Assembly (NCBI RefSeq): GCF_964204645.1
Contig: NC_134032.1
Location: forward strand, 11,892,275-11,956,274
DNA length: 64,000 nucleotides
Reading direction: 5' to 3'
Source: Tubulanus polymorphus
Lineage: Eukaryota; Animalia; Nemertea
The notes below the pieces were generated by a model, which did not search any database, had not been told where the DNA came from, and worked only from the letters and a program-made list of their open reading frames with translations. Below, in pieces: positions 35,701-49,334 of this stretch. Made by a program: the position numbers and the translations under genes. Positions within the stretch are counted from its first letter, which is position 1; each line of letters starts with the position of its first letter.

Positions 35701-38700
35701 CTTCGGCCAGTATCTGTTCGGCATGTTGCCAGTACATGAACAGTACGACGACCTTGACATTGTCGTCTTGTTTAAGGTGGGCGACGATCTTGCGCACTTG
35801 AGATTCCGCCTCCGGCGAGCGAGGGTTGTAAATCTCATCTCTGGCAAGACAAATCTCGCGTGTTTTCAGCTCCCGTTGCAGAGTAGCGATACCTGAAATC
35901 GTAAATCAAACATGAATAAAAATGAAGAAAAAGGTGAACACAAATACATTCGCTTTGTTTAAGTCTCGGCTGGTAAGAAAGCTACTGAAGAAGCCAACGC
36001 AATAACATAGAGACCAGTCTACGCTCGTGAGAACCAGACTAAGCTCAATTTGGTTACATTGCCAATCGAAAAAGTTCAAACCATAGTCATTTGTCCAAAC
36101 CCGATCTAACAATTTCAGAAAGAGTTTTTTTGAGTATCAAAGTATTTAAGGGCTAATTTCCTGAAAAACCTGAACTTGTCGACCTAAAAAAAGAATTGCA
36201 CTAGCAAACGTTGCGCAAATTACTAATGGGTTGGAATTGTTATTTCGAAAGCGGAAAGTAAACTTACAGTCTACTGTATACACACATAAAGTATACCAAA
36301 TAAATATTACCTGAAGGGCGTGTTGAGAGGGAGTGTTGAAAGTACCCTCTTTAGGACCAACCGATAAATTCATTTATCTCGATTGTTTTGTTCTAATGGA
36401 ACAAAGGGTTTATTTTGTTATCGAAATATTTGCGGTTTAAAAAAATGTTTGATATACGAAAAATACATAAGTATGTTTATCAGAAAAAGCCTGGCATCTG
36501 TGGTTTTTGCGGTAAAAGAAATGAGATAAAAGTTCGTGATAAAAACGAACAATGCGAATTTTCCAGCAGGCGATAGGGCGGTGGGCAATCTTCCAATTTA
36601 TAATCGGGGTACAATCATGTGGGGCAGTTTCCGACTGACTGAAAGGCAATTCTTTATATTTAGAAAATGTATTTTTCTGAGGGTGATGGGCAGCACATTC
36701 CGTTTGTTTATGCCGAGAAAAATCTTCGAGAAGAGATTTCAAGGAAACTTCTTCTGGTCAAAAGCCCTTCTACTAAACGAGATGGCACCCAAGAAGTGCC
36801 CTGACTCTTTTGTGCTGAGCCGGCCATCTTTAGGTAGGGAATTTTTAAAACCGCTGTTGTAAGTATAGTTTTAAAAGATAACTCGTTAAGTGGAGAAAGA
36901 CAGACTTATCGTGATGCATATCCCTGCGGTACTAGAGACACTTATGATAAATGGCAATACAGCAGGAAAGCAGGTAAGTGCGAGAGAGAGAGAGGAGAAG
37001 AGTGGGAGAGCAGCTGATAAACCTGTCTATAGGTCAATGACCTTGACATTCACTTGAGCATGTTTGAACGAAAGAAAATGTTCGTCTACTACTGAATAAT
37101 CATTTTGCTCTTATCACAGTCCAAAGTCAAATTCAATCCGCAATCTTTTTAAGTAAAAAAGATATTTTGGAACTCCGAGTTCTTACAAGGACGTTGAGTC
37201 AAGGTTGATACGGTTGAATAATTCATTGTAGCAGATGTTGCATTGTGATAATTAAAAGTAAATTGTTTAGACAGAAAAAAATGCGAAGCACGGTAGAGCG
37301 ATGGGATGGATGCATTTATAACCACAAATTGTGCCACACGCATGTTGAATATCCGGAGTGTCTATTCATGATCGAATGTCTACTAGCGCACCTGGTGGAT
37401 CATCACTTGCTGCAAGTGGAATCCTGTCGTTGTAGTTGATATTAGGATTAGGATTAGGATTAGGATTTTATTTACACTCCAACCATTTCTATGGTACATG
37501 GAGGGAGACTTATACAAAGTATACAATATTTACAATTAACAGAAAGTATAAACTTGTTTTGATAAAATATAACAAAGTTATTAACAATATATACATACAC
37601 TATTTACAACATACTAATTATTGGAGGGATTTATATACATCTAAGCCTTTTTTAATGAATTTTGCAAGGTGGATTGTAGGATTTCTTAGAATATCAAGAT
37701 TGCCAAAAGAGTTCAGATTCAGAATATCCTACTGCACACTAGTGACACCTGGTGAATCCCACATATCACAAGATTAATCCCCTGTTGCCACAGTTGCACT
37801 CCCCGAAGCCAATTCTTTATTGATGAATGATTGGCAAATATGGTACTGTATTTGTTCTCCGCAAAAGTGCTGCTGTGCTATTTTTTCGCTAAATGCAAAC
37901 ACAATAAATCGATTAATGTTAAAGGGTCGTCTGTTATCTGTAAGTGACGTATAAATCGGGTTCTGACGGCTATAAATCGCAGGTTGTACATGTACCATCA
38001 TTAGGGAAGCACTAAATCTAGTGAATATAATTGCATTGGCACATTTACATGTTAAGAATAAATTTCATCATTAAGATACCCTGGCCTATCTCGGGATTTC
38101 TAGTCAAAGCCAAGAACTGACGATGAAAAACCAATCCACCTGAACTGCTGAAGTTTATCTTTCCGTTCAAACGAACCGTTCACACAGTTTACACGGTTAC
38201 AAGTATTTTTGTATGCGTTTCTCAAACCTAAGGATTATAAGTTGTGTGTAGTAAGTAACGAGCTTAAGTATTTCTCCTCTAAAATACCAGAACTAGTTTA
38301 CTATCTTTCCGTGGTTTGTTGGAGAACATTTCTATGAACCACTCTACCGTAGGGCGAATTTATCTCATTTTTACAAATCTCAAGATCTTTTCGCTTAAAT
38401 TCGAAAACACGATTATCCGATGATTAATGGCCATCTCTCCAATTGACGTAAAATGCGGTATTTCATTCAAAAAGATTCGTATTTTTCACACAAAGCGCGG
38501 CGTGTGTAAAAATTGTTCCTCTTACTCAAATATAAGGAGAATCGTGAAGGGTTTTTGAAAATGTAGAACAGAGACACCAAGTACGCACTTGATAAGTTAA
38601 ATGGATTTCTGAAAGTCCATTTATCATAGTTATGTGGCTTTTAGAATGACATTTTGACAGCTTGCAATATCAGTGAGTTTTGAAATTTTCCGGAACTAGT

Positions 38701-39961
38701 GAAATACAATAAACGATGTAATTAAAAAAGTCGAAGTTGTTATATTTTGGCTTTATCGGGAAAATGTTTCGCGTGCATTAGCAAAACGTTTGCTACATCA
38801 AAACAGAAAAACACGTTTTTTCACAAAACGTTTTGAGTATCAGTTATACGTTCTGGGGAATATTCTACTCAGAATTCTATAACAGAAAATTTAAAAAAAG
38901 ACCAATTCAGAAATACTTTTCGATCAGTCTCATCTCGAAAACTTCGAAATTTAATATCTAGGTTTCAATCTAGTTATTTCTGATTTGTGTGTGACGGGCT
39001 TCGCTATGAAGGGGTTAATGAAATACTTACCCTCTCTACTGTATTCTAAATCCGTTGCTATGGTGGACACGTAATTCCATTTGAAGCGTTCGATAATTTC
39101 CGCCATCGCCCGGGCCTGATTGTCGTCGGCCGGAATCGTTCGGAAGAACGACGAATATTTCCGATCGCTGAGCAGCACCCTGGTGGAGAAATAGCTAACT
39201 AATGGAATATTGTATATAGCGAATAGGCCGGCAACCGCCGCGCTTATAAAACTTGACGAAGGACCTACTAATCCTACGATTGGTTTATTCAAACACGGCT
39301 CTAACGTTTTTTTCTGTTTCCTATATCTCCTCCTAGAGCTCGTGGTTCCGTTCGTCTCGCTGTAATTCCCGTAAATTGGCGCCGAAGTCGTCATTTCCGA
39401 TTTCGGTGACACGCTAGGTGGCGCCATGGTTGCTTTCTCCCATCGATCCTCGCGAGAACAATATGGCCGACCGTTCACGAGGCGACCTTGAACTTCGGGC
39501 ATTTTGAATTTCGTTTGATTGAACGTACAATAACATTTATTCGTTTTCGGATGGCCGCAAACTTTTTTTGCTTCGTCGGCGATTTCAGCCCATTTTTCGA
39601 TATCGTTAACGAATCCGACCGCTTGGTGCATGGCGGTGGGCACGTGCATGCACGTGTCCCGAAAATCGTAACCGATCCGAATTTTACGCCGACTTCGTCT
39701 GAAAAGCCGTTCCGAACGCTCGTTAAATTTATCGATTATGTAAATCATCGCCTCGACCGAAATGATATGCGACAGCGCCAACTGGCGGCAAACATTCGAC
39801 CGCTCATAAACGTCCGACATCATCCTGTTGTGTATGGGCAGTAGGCCACCGATTACATAGTCGCCATCTTTGTAAACTCGCGTGTGCTTTCCGTTAGCCA
39901 CCGCTGACCGGAAGCAGGCGCACGCAACAATGAACGTCAACGCCGAATGCACCGTTACCAT
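32757..39961 (-). CDS. Class C GPCR (mGluR/CaSR/T1R-like): Venus flytrap, Cys-rich domain and 7TM; 1039 aa model
   Basis: Exons 39961-39031, 35892-35680, 35093-34425 and 34063-32757, all GT-AG with phase-1 junctions. Motifs GDYVIGGLLPIH, IGYDFRDTC, VGLVGPSSS, IPLVSYFST, FFRTIPAD, WNYVS, PVSICSDYC...CCWGCRPC and FCPKFYIV. Confidence 0.93.
35478..35546 (-). pseudogene. tRNA-derived sequence (Met-like anticodon loop), degenerate
   Basis: Reverse strand reads ctccgtagcctgggggatagagtgtttgactcataaacgataggtggtgggttcaagtcccgtt. It has a T-arm with B box and a CT-CAT-AA loop, but the anticodon stem does not pair. Confidence 0.5.
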
Positions 39962-40978
39962 GGTAAAAACGGTCGTTAATATTCGAACTATCCAATTGCG
40001 AGCATTCTCCGCCCAATTACGTTATCCATGTATGTACGTAAACACAAGAGCGGCAAAGGTCTTCATAACAGTAACGTGCCTATATAGCGTGGAAACTGAG
40101 TCACCTCATATACTCACTTTTAACAAGACTTATATTTCGGTAGCTTATCTAATCCAGTTGCAATTGCATCGAGATGAAAAAAAAATATACGTAAACCTAG
40201 CTCTATTTAATAGTCGCTTGTGTTCTGCAGTTGTCAAAACAGACAGCGATGCGGGTACAGTTTCATCCGCTCTTCCTGCTCCCCAATCCTTCCTACCTTC
40301 CATCCACGCTCACATTATTACTATGAAACATGCGGTTGTTTTGATTCATCGAACAGGATGGGTTATCGGTATCCTCCGTATTACAGTGCTGTATGGTGTA
40401 AATATTTAAATAACGCCAGGGGAAGCCAACAGTTACAAATTCCATCCGTATTAACCGGCATGGAATTCTTTTTCTAATTGAAAATGACGAATTCCATATA
40501 TCATGCTACTGGAGGGCTCAAATAATAGCACTTCAAACCTTAATGAAATCCTGTGGTTGTTGGTATTCTAAAAGCACAGCTCTTGAACTATAGGACACGT
40601 ATTCATCGTAGAAAATGACCTATTGCGTGCTTGGTGTATTAATTACCCCGATAATTGTATAATTGCCCTAAAATACTTGTCTCGACTTTTTAGCATCGTG
40701 GTGATAGCTGGCATATTTTGTATATATGCTTACTGAAACAACAAACATACCAATGTCAAGGACATGTAACATTTGGTAAGTTGAAAGTTCGGCAGATGGC
40801 GCAAGGGTAGCAAAGATGCCGTCATCACTAAAGCAGAAAGTGTTAATATATTTTGACTGGTAAACTTATATGAAAATTTCGATGTTCGAATATAATAAAT
40901 TATGAATGTAATCAATTTGAGAATATACGTTGATTTGATGAATTGAGAAGTCCCGTAATAGAATTTTTGAATAAAGCC

Positions 40979-42549
40979 TCAGACGGATGGCGTTGTGGAC
41001 GGTACGTTGGGCGTCTGGCAAATGAAATGTATTTCTCTGTTGCAATCGCCAACGCCCCACTGAACAGAAGTCGTATTCTGCGTTATCGCTTTGTAATAAA
41101 CACAGCCGTCACGTGGTTCGCCGGCCGACAAATTCAAGTCGTACTCGATCAACCGTCTCGTGCTGCCATCTTTATTCACCCAGAACAACTGTCCGTCTAT
41201 TCGTTTGGCACTGATGAAGAAATCAGCTGAAATATATAGATATGACAGATTGTATCACAACGGGTTGAATTTCCGTGCATCTAATTTGGAATAATTACGC
41301 GCAAGGCGAACTTGAGAATGGCTGGCGGGCAAATTCTGGGCCATTCTTTTTAATTCAAGATAGAGACCGGCAACCAGTCTAGATGAACTCTAGTGCCACT
41401 TACTGAAAAGCTTTATGAACTGCATAGGTAAATGAATGACCACCAACCATCTTAACCCCTAATTGCAACAACACGAAGCACCATACAACTTGCGCAGTGC
41501 CGCACCAGCATTGCTCAGTTGAAAGGTTCTAAATTCATACGTATATATACAAAACAAGGCTAACTTGGTTCACACTCGCACTACCAAGCGGATCCCTGAT
41601 TGCCACAGTAGCTTCGATAATAAATTCAAATGAAATTCTTTTAACAATATTTTCCTCACCTTCGTATTCATTTTCCCAATCAATAACGCCCAATCCAGTA
41701 GCCATATATCGTGCGATTATATTATTGTCTTCGAGTGTCGGGGGTTGCGCAAGTATTGCTTCGTGATAGCAGTAATGCTGTAGCGCCTCCTGGAATGTTC
41801 TACGATCTCTAGCCATTCGGTAACACAACGAACTGTTTTCTGGACACATGGGGAAATACGTCCAATCATGAACCTCTTCTGTATAACAGTATTACAAGCA
41901 TAACATGATATATTAAGTCAAGTCCCAGTTCAGTTGCGGAGCAGTCAAAAAGCGTTCTTCAATCTTTACGATTGGTTGTTACCTTTACCTTTTGTTGTTA
42001 GACTGTGTATCATAGAACTAAAATGACCTTAGCGTCATTACTGAGCAACCGCCCCTGGGAGGGGGGTAAGAATTATATTTGCCACATGTTCTGCTATTAA
42101 ATTCAATTCTATTGAGTTTGAGATATTCTGTGTAGTTTTATATTTGATCTTTCGTAAAAACATTGAATTTCAAGATGCAAATTGTTCAAAAATGAACTGA
42201 TTTCTACAGGGAGTAAAACATATCTTAATTGAACTGCGTCCAGTATTGAAATTATAGGTTCACGTCCAAACTCACCGGAAGAAGAGAAATAAATGAATCT
42301 TGCTTCCTCCGCATGGGGGCGCTCCGAGCTCGATCTTGGTATCTGGCAGCTTCCGTCCTGATTGACAGAAAATTTCGAACAATTCGGTTTAGTCGCTGCT
42401 AAGCACATGCGTGCGCAACTGATCGACGGATAGGTGTATTTCAAATCCGCTAGGGGTCGCTCGTGCGACTGTTTGTAAACGTACAGTCGTCCTTGACACG
42501 CGGCCAACAGAATCGACGTCATAACCGGTAATACGATGAACGAAGCCAT
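40979..42549 (-). CDS. Secreted PAN/apple-like plus C-type lectin domain protein A (246 aa model)
   Basis: Exons 42549-42276 (signal peptide; CARMC..C.KF...C), 41878-41660 (CY...TFQEALQHYC..AILAQP) and 41226-40979 (FFIS..FWV..GEPRDGCV..WGVGDCNREIHFICQ), with phase-1 junctions. Confidence 0.82.
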
Positions 42550-44910
42550 AGTTTCCGGTATAATCTCACCCGATACTTAACACGATATCACGCTACAGCG
42601 CGCACCGGAAGTTATATGAGAAAACCAATAGAATATGGAGAATATAGTTCCAAAATTGCGATCGTGCAAACTCTTAGATTGAGATTCAGAACAGTCCTAC
42701 CTAGCTTCCGTCCCTTCTCTCTTTTTCTCTCTTTTTCGGGCCGAAAAGGCTAAACAGCATCTTGTAGACTTATAGACTGATTTTGATAAGTTACAGGTTG
42801 TGGCCGTCCTCGATCAATTTCTACCCCTTTTACTGTAATATATACCCTTCGGGTCAGTTTAAACTATAATTTTTTTTCCGATTTACTCGTTGCTTTCAGA
42901 CTCGTTCGCTATCCGATGTAATGTTGATTTCCACTGAATGAGTTTTAAGTTTGCACTACATGTATATTGTACACGAAAACAGTATTCAAAACCAATAAGT
43001 TTGAATATTTCATTAATGATCGCAAAGTGAAGTGTGCAGTTGAATTCGATCGACAACCACTCTCCTCTCTGTTTACTGGAAGATAACCTTTTACCGTTTT
43101 TAGTGTAGGCTATTTAGTACATCTTGATTAAATTCGGTACCTATTTCCGTTTCTAATCTAATCCACTGTGAACGAGTTACTTGAGACATTACCCTTCTTT
43201 CTTAACATAAACGTTAATCCATTGAAAGTAGTAGTAACTACCTAACGCCATCTATTGAGAACTATCATTAGTAACACCAGATGGCGCTTTCGTAGAACGT
43301 ATTGATAACGATATCTCATCGAATACGTACCCGGACTATTTTCAGATCAACGAAAACTTTAATAAGTCTTTGACAACTGTTTTGAACCGAATTCAGAACG
43401 CTTTTGAAACTATTTCCTTTCGATCCGAAATCGTTCAGGATATCAAGCCCGATTCAAATACGCGCCCGTGTTTTCAGAAATCCAATCTCGGAATCAATAA
43501 ATCCGAATTCTCGAATGCTCTGGTACGCGCCGAAGATAAAATCAGCATCCATGACGGCTGCGGAATCCGAGGCGAAAGAAACCATTTCATAACTTTCATC
43601 TCTCAATTTCTATACGGCTCAGCGCCTCCTGTGAGCGGATATGACGTCACAGCCGTTAACTCACGAAGTACCTGACTCGCTTTGACGTCGCGAAATTTCC
43701 GCATTTCCGCCGAAGTATATCGTATTTTTACGGTAAAATCGATGCGAAACACGTTTAGCCAACAAAGCTCGGCTACAGAGTAGAATTTATTGTTATTAAC
43801 TACACCTCGCGATAAAACTTATACCTGAGGAATAATAATGTCTTTTCGTAAGTAATCACATCGTTATTTCGCGGTGTAGATATTAAACGATCGTTTTATT
43901 CGGTGGAAAGCTCTGTTTATCCCCAATTAACTATCAAATAATGATGCTATTTTATAGACTACAAGGTCGAATTGGGTTTAGTCCGTCTGGATAACGAGCA
44001 ATCATCTCAACGATAATCGGGGACCAGGACACTTGGACAAAGAAGACAACCAGGGTCCAAACGAAATGGAAGGACACTTTTCGGATTAAGTAGCCACGAT
44101 GAGCAAGTTGAGGATGAATGGCAAATATGCCAGATTGTGACAATCACTGTAATGCTATGGACAACTTAAATTGCAAGGCCGGGCCGAAACCCTCCTAGAT
44201 CCACCCATGCCCAAAAAGGTCAAATTATATACAAGAATAAACAACTGTTAGATATATGATATGATTTATTTGCATGCAAGATCGCTACATTTAGTTTAAA
44301 TATAGATACAGAGTTTAAGTAAAACAATGAACCCAATAAATTATGCGAGGAATTACTCGAGAAGCCACTCTTACATACACACAGAAACGCTGATTCACAT
44401 TCATTCCTTACCAAACAAAACTAATACATGTACATGTACATAGAAAATCGTTAGAATATATACAGATGAATAACACGGAATGTTTCAATGCATAATGAAA
44501 TATGTTTTAATGCAGAATAAGAAAGCATCAGTCTAAACAGAGTTTTACATCGATAACTGACAAATAAAAACACGATTTATCTTTCTGCGAGTTCGATATA
44601 ATGGAAAAAACTTGATGAAACTTGGATATGAATAAAATTAAGGAAAAAGCTGTAAATTCTAATTGTGAAAGACCATCGAATCAACACCATGGATGACCTC
44701 GAAAAACTGGCCTCAAAAATTTTGAAAGCGCTATTCAATAATGGGAATTCATACCAAAACAACATACGACATTAACATCGAGGAATAAAAATTATGTAAG
44801 TTTTGCGAAAGGCAAACGCAGTAAAGTCGTAATTGGTGACCGTCACTGCTATGCTGATATGAGATGTATTGTTAATGCGATTATGTTACTTCTGGTTTTG
44901 CATGGTTTAG

Positions 44911-46467
44911 CTATTTTTTAGCAGGTTTGGTCTCAGTAGTTGTAGTCGGGTCTGACGTAACAGGAATAGGTGGTGGTGGTATCAACATTGGTGGATCCGT
45001 TGGTTGGGGCCTGTACATTCCGCTACCTACCGCCGTCCTAACACCACTGGTAGTTGTGGGAGGGTCTGCAACTGGCGGCATAGGTGGTATTAACATTGGT
45101 GGATCGGTTGGTCGGGGCCTGTACATTCCTTTACCTACCGCCGTCCTAACAGTAGTCGTTGTGGGCTGCGGCGAATGGTTTTCTGGAAAATGTCAATGAG
45201 GCCTAATATAGACCTGCACTTAATTTGAATGAATGGAGTTAAACCACTCAAAATAATCGACTTTTTGAGTACCGTCTCCTAATCAATTTAATTCATCGAT
45301 TGCATTGTTGTACCGGTACCGCATTGAATTCCTATAGTGCCCTTTTCATTGTGGGATTACTCATTTATTACGTATGCATAGAATTAGAGATTTTCAACCG
45401 CCTGTGTGCAAAACCAGCCATTTTTTCATAATATATTAAGCATTAGGCTACAGTACGCGATTACTCTTGCCCATCCCCCTCCTACTCTGACCGATAAATG
45501 TACGCCAAACTGGTAGTATTATTACCCTCCCCCTCAACCTATAACTCTTAACCATGTATCAGTCATCTTGGTGTAATATCTATGAGAATGCTTCGAATCC
45601 GAAGGGTAATTTCAAAATATTTGGATTAATTGTCTCGATGTTCGCTTAAATGAGTCACTATAACTCATCACATTTGAAATAAAACTTTAGGTAAATTTAT
45701 GTTTTTCATAACTTAACACCAAAGCTATATTTCCCAGGAAAGAAGCTAATATGTTCAAATCCAAGAAATTTGACAAAATGGAGGATTTTCTCTCTCATTC
45801 AACTGGACTTAAGGAGTCTTTTTGCCAATCCATCTAATTGGTACAGAACTGGAAATATATCGGATATTCAGTTGTTGTCCGCGATTTTTGGCATTCTGTT
45901 AAGACATAAATGAGGTATGTACCCCAAAAAGTAAGCAAAATATCCCAGAAAAACAGGTCTCATCAATTAATAAATAGACATTAGACCATTGTGGATTTTG
46001 TTTAGAGTCTAGTGCGAGTCGGGTTGCCAACTCCATGCGCGCCTTTCGTGCACTGGATCTCATCAAAATGGCGATTCAAGATGGCTGCTTCGATATGAAA
46101 ATGTGTATAAATGAGTAACTTTGAACTACACATAAAACTTACCATTGATGAATAAGACTTGGTTTGGTGGTATTTTGGTTGAAACCACCACCGCCATTTG
46201 TTTCGAATCGAAAATGTCGCATCGTTTTTCGTCCTCCGCATATTTGAATCCACCGCAAGCATTGTTGGCCGTATCCATGCAACGAACCGCGCAGCCAATC
46301 AACGATACGCTTTTCGAACCGTTATCAATCTTCGCAGGGGTCGTTGCTTGCATATTTCCTCCAGGGATTTTCTTGAATAGGAAATTTTGACTTTCGATTC
46401 CCGGCATCAGCGATGACGTCAAAAGCAACAAACACCAGCAGACGATCAACATAAGCACTGACGTCAT
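44911..46467 (-). CDS. Secreted PAN/apple protein B with duplicated Pro/Thr-rich tail and no lectin domain (198 aa model)
   Basis: Exon 46467-46143 (signal; SLIGCAVRCMDTANNACGGFKYAEDEKRCDI; G|gtaagt) joins in phase to 45182-44911, which has two copies of VRTAVGxGMYRPxPTDPPMLIPP. Confidence 0.75.
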
Positions 46468-46966
46468 TTTTTTGTGTATATACTAGTCCTGCGCGAGTAA
46501 ATTTTCCGCAAGGAAAAGTGAAGCCAAGCCGGACTATCATATATCCTGTAGTGAGGATGTGCCTTCTCGCTTTAATGATCGGAAGTTCGAATGACAGAAA
46601 AAACCGATATAAAGTTTGAGAACGCTACGCAGCAGCCACCTCTTGTTTGAAGTGTGGTTCATGAATAGATTATTAGCTACGTGTAAGAGTCCCGTGCGGT
46701 TTTTCTTCCAATAAAATCGAATTTGACAAATGAGACAAAAATCATCGAATATTCGAAGGTTAATACCGATTGGCACAATATTTCATTCCAGTCCATCGCC
46801 ATACGTAACCACATATTTTTGCTGCAGTAACAAATGTTTTTCAATAGTTTTTAGATTTGACATACAAGTAGTTTTGAAGCCGTTAAAAAACTAGTTAATA
46901 TCGCAAATACAGCGGTGCAGAAGATCTATGTCGAAATAAAGTTTTGAATCCAGGATTCTAAAATTC

Positions 46967-48130
46967 TTAATCGGTACCGGTATATTCACAGATATAGTAG
47001 AGATTTTCTTCGTTTGTTCCTGTGTCCCAATCACCTGATGCCTTCATAATAGCAGGCTTGTTGTCGAATAATCGATCTTTATTTGAGCTAGCAGGCTCGT
47101 AGCGTACTGGTGAATCGTCAGATAACCACCACCACCACCCTTCGTAATAATCGGACCCCAAGTACACAGATTCGGCTAAACAAAAACAAAAAGATAAGTT
47201 TGTAAATAAGAGCGGACACATTTCAATGGCAATAGAGGATCTACCAGGTGTGGGTGTGCTGTAGGACATCGAATTGGTAATGTTAGTTGCATAACCTAAT
47301 ATGTGCCCCTATCCTCCTAATGAGGCTGGCTCCCAACACGAATGAAGAATATTTTGAGGTGAGAGAGAGGGTGGTAAAAGTATTATTCAATGAAGATAAT
47401 CTCGATTCAAGAGAACTAGAGGAACGTAGGCCTAGTAGGGTTCGAACATCACGCTTACCATTCAGTCCGCGCTGGCTGAATTGATTCAGAACGAAGTCCC
47501 GAAGTTTGGAATTTTCCTCGATTGTTTTGGGTTCCGCCAATTTACCACCTTTTGATTTACAATTGCTTTCTGCTTCGTAGGACGTAGCCATATCCCTACT
47601 TAGCTCATATTTGGTATTCCCTCCGTTTTGCGGTTGTGAGGTGGCTCGAGAAGTGTTACATTCTATTGAAGCAAATGAAAATGAATTCAATTTATATAGG
47701 CCTATATGCCTTATGAGAATTTTGAATATAAGCTAATGAATAAATCGCACCAGGTGCGCTAAATGTTCAGTTTCCAAATGCGACGTTTACGTTCTCTAAA
47801 CTTACCTTTCGATTTGGATACTTTGATAAACACAACCTGATTCGTCGAAGTTTTAGGTGATGATTTTTTCGAACGAATTGCTTGTCTCAAATTGAGAATG
47901 TCACACTGTTCTCCCTCGCGCGTATATTTGAATCCATGACAAGCATTGTTGGTTGCCTCTACGCAACGAACGGCGCAACCAATCAAAGATGAACTTTTAA
48001 AACCGCTGCCAATCAACGCCGGTATAGAATTGGTGTAGAATTTTTTGAATTCGAAGTTCCGAACTTCGATTGCACGAGTCGATGACGTCACAAAACAGCA
48101 GACGACCAAAGCAATAACTGACGACATCAT
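46967..48130 (-). CDS. Secreted PAN/apple plus C-type lectin domain protein C (245 aa model)
   Basis: Exons 48130-47806 (SLIGCAVRCVEATNNACHGFKY...C), 47662-47459 (AESNCKSKGGKLAEPKTIEEN) and 47175-46967 (VYLG...WWWLSD...WD...YYICEY). Confidence 0.85.
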
Positions 48131-49334
48131 TGCAATGATGTTAATTTTTCTGAACTAATGAATTTCAAAAAATTAACAAAAATATCTTGAATACATAAGC
48201 CTAATCCTTTGCCTTTTTGCTGCGGAGAGTTTTGTCGGTTGACATGTCGTTTAATTCTGATTGCCGAATGTAAAACATTTCATCGAGCACAGTGTTTGAC
48301 AACACTTGCTGAAAATATGAATTGCATCATTTCGGATACGGGGAGCTCAGGTACCATTAGCTCAAATGACGTTTTCCATCGCCGAAACTCGATTGGAGTT
48401 GACCTATTTCCGTTTTTGCTGAAGTCGTCAAAATATTCCGGTGCCAATATTTCCATACCCTAGGTGTCAAGTTTAAAATGGTCTTTAGGATTTCATCGAT
48501 CTGCAGTACCGGAAGTGCCCGCGGCATGAGCACGGGTGAAATTTGAAACCATCAATTTGGCGCGCTTGCCTCGAAGCGGAAGGGGAGTGGGACACAAACT
48601 ATACCTGGACTGTTCCTGCCAGCCCTGCTAAGTGAGTGCTCATAAAATACTAGGCAACGTCCATTAGTTACTTAAAGTGGGTATCATATGAAGCGCAAGT
48701 ATTATTATTGAGGAAAGCGAACGGAAGTATGGATCACTGATGATGAACCCTGGAAAGCGAGTACAAGGAACGACTTCCAGATGATATGTAAACCTTGTCT
48801 AAATACTCGGTTTATCACTCGTGCATGAACGTTATCATTTTTCTGATTTCTAACGTATTCCCTTATACGCCTTAGTCGGACTTCGCTTACCTCGGACCGA
48901 TTTCACCGGTCCCAGTTTGTCTTCAGTTAAGCGAGCTTTACTGTATCATGGTTGAACAGGCACTGGCAAGTGGTGGTTTCGCAGGTAAGCGCGCGCGCGC
49001 TAGCCGACACCTGTAAGCGAGTATTTGCAGCTGTCCCGTTTTTGAGTGTTTGCATATAAAGATTTTTATTATTTTATCTGACGCGCTGATAAAATGAAGC
49101 GATAGTGCATTAAGCATATCAAATATACGTATACCGAAAACTTAAACGTATAGGATTTACTAAAAATAACCCCATCCTAGTTCTGCCATAACGAAGTAAG
49201 TTTTTGTTGCAGCTTTCTGCAATCACGTATTGACGTATCACGTATTAATCATATAACTTAATTACAAAATACATAGGCCTAGCTATATGATTTATATCAT
49301 ATGTATGTATGTGGTCGAAGTATAGTCGGGCTCG

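Noticed and set aside
37439-37468. (TTAGGA)4 telomere-like run
   Set aside because: It is very short and not TTAGGG; an ordinary microsatellite.
44220-44414. Minus-strand ORF beginning NECESAFLCVCK, resembling a C-type lectin C-terminus that could complete gene B
   Set aside because: There is no convincing acceptor or upstream lectin motifs, and gene B already stops at 44911. Probably chance.
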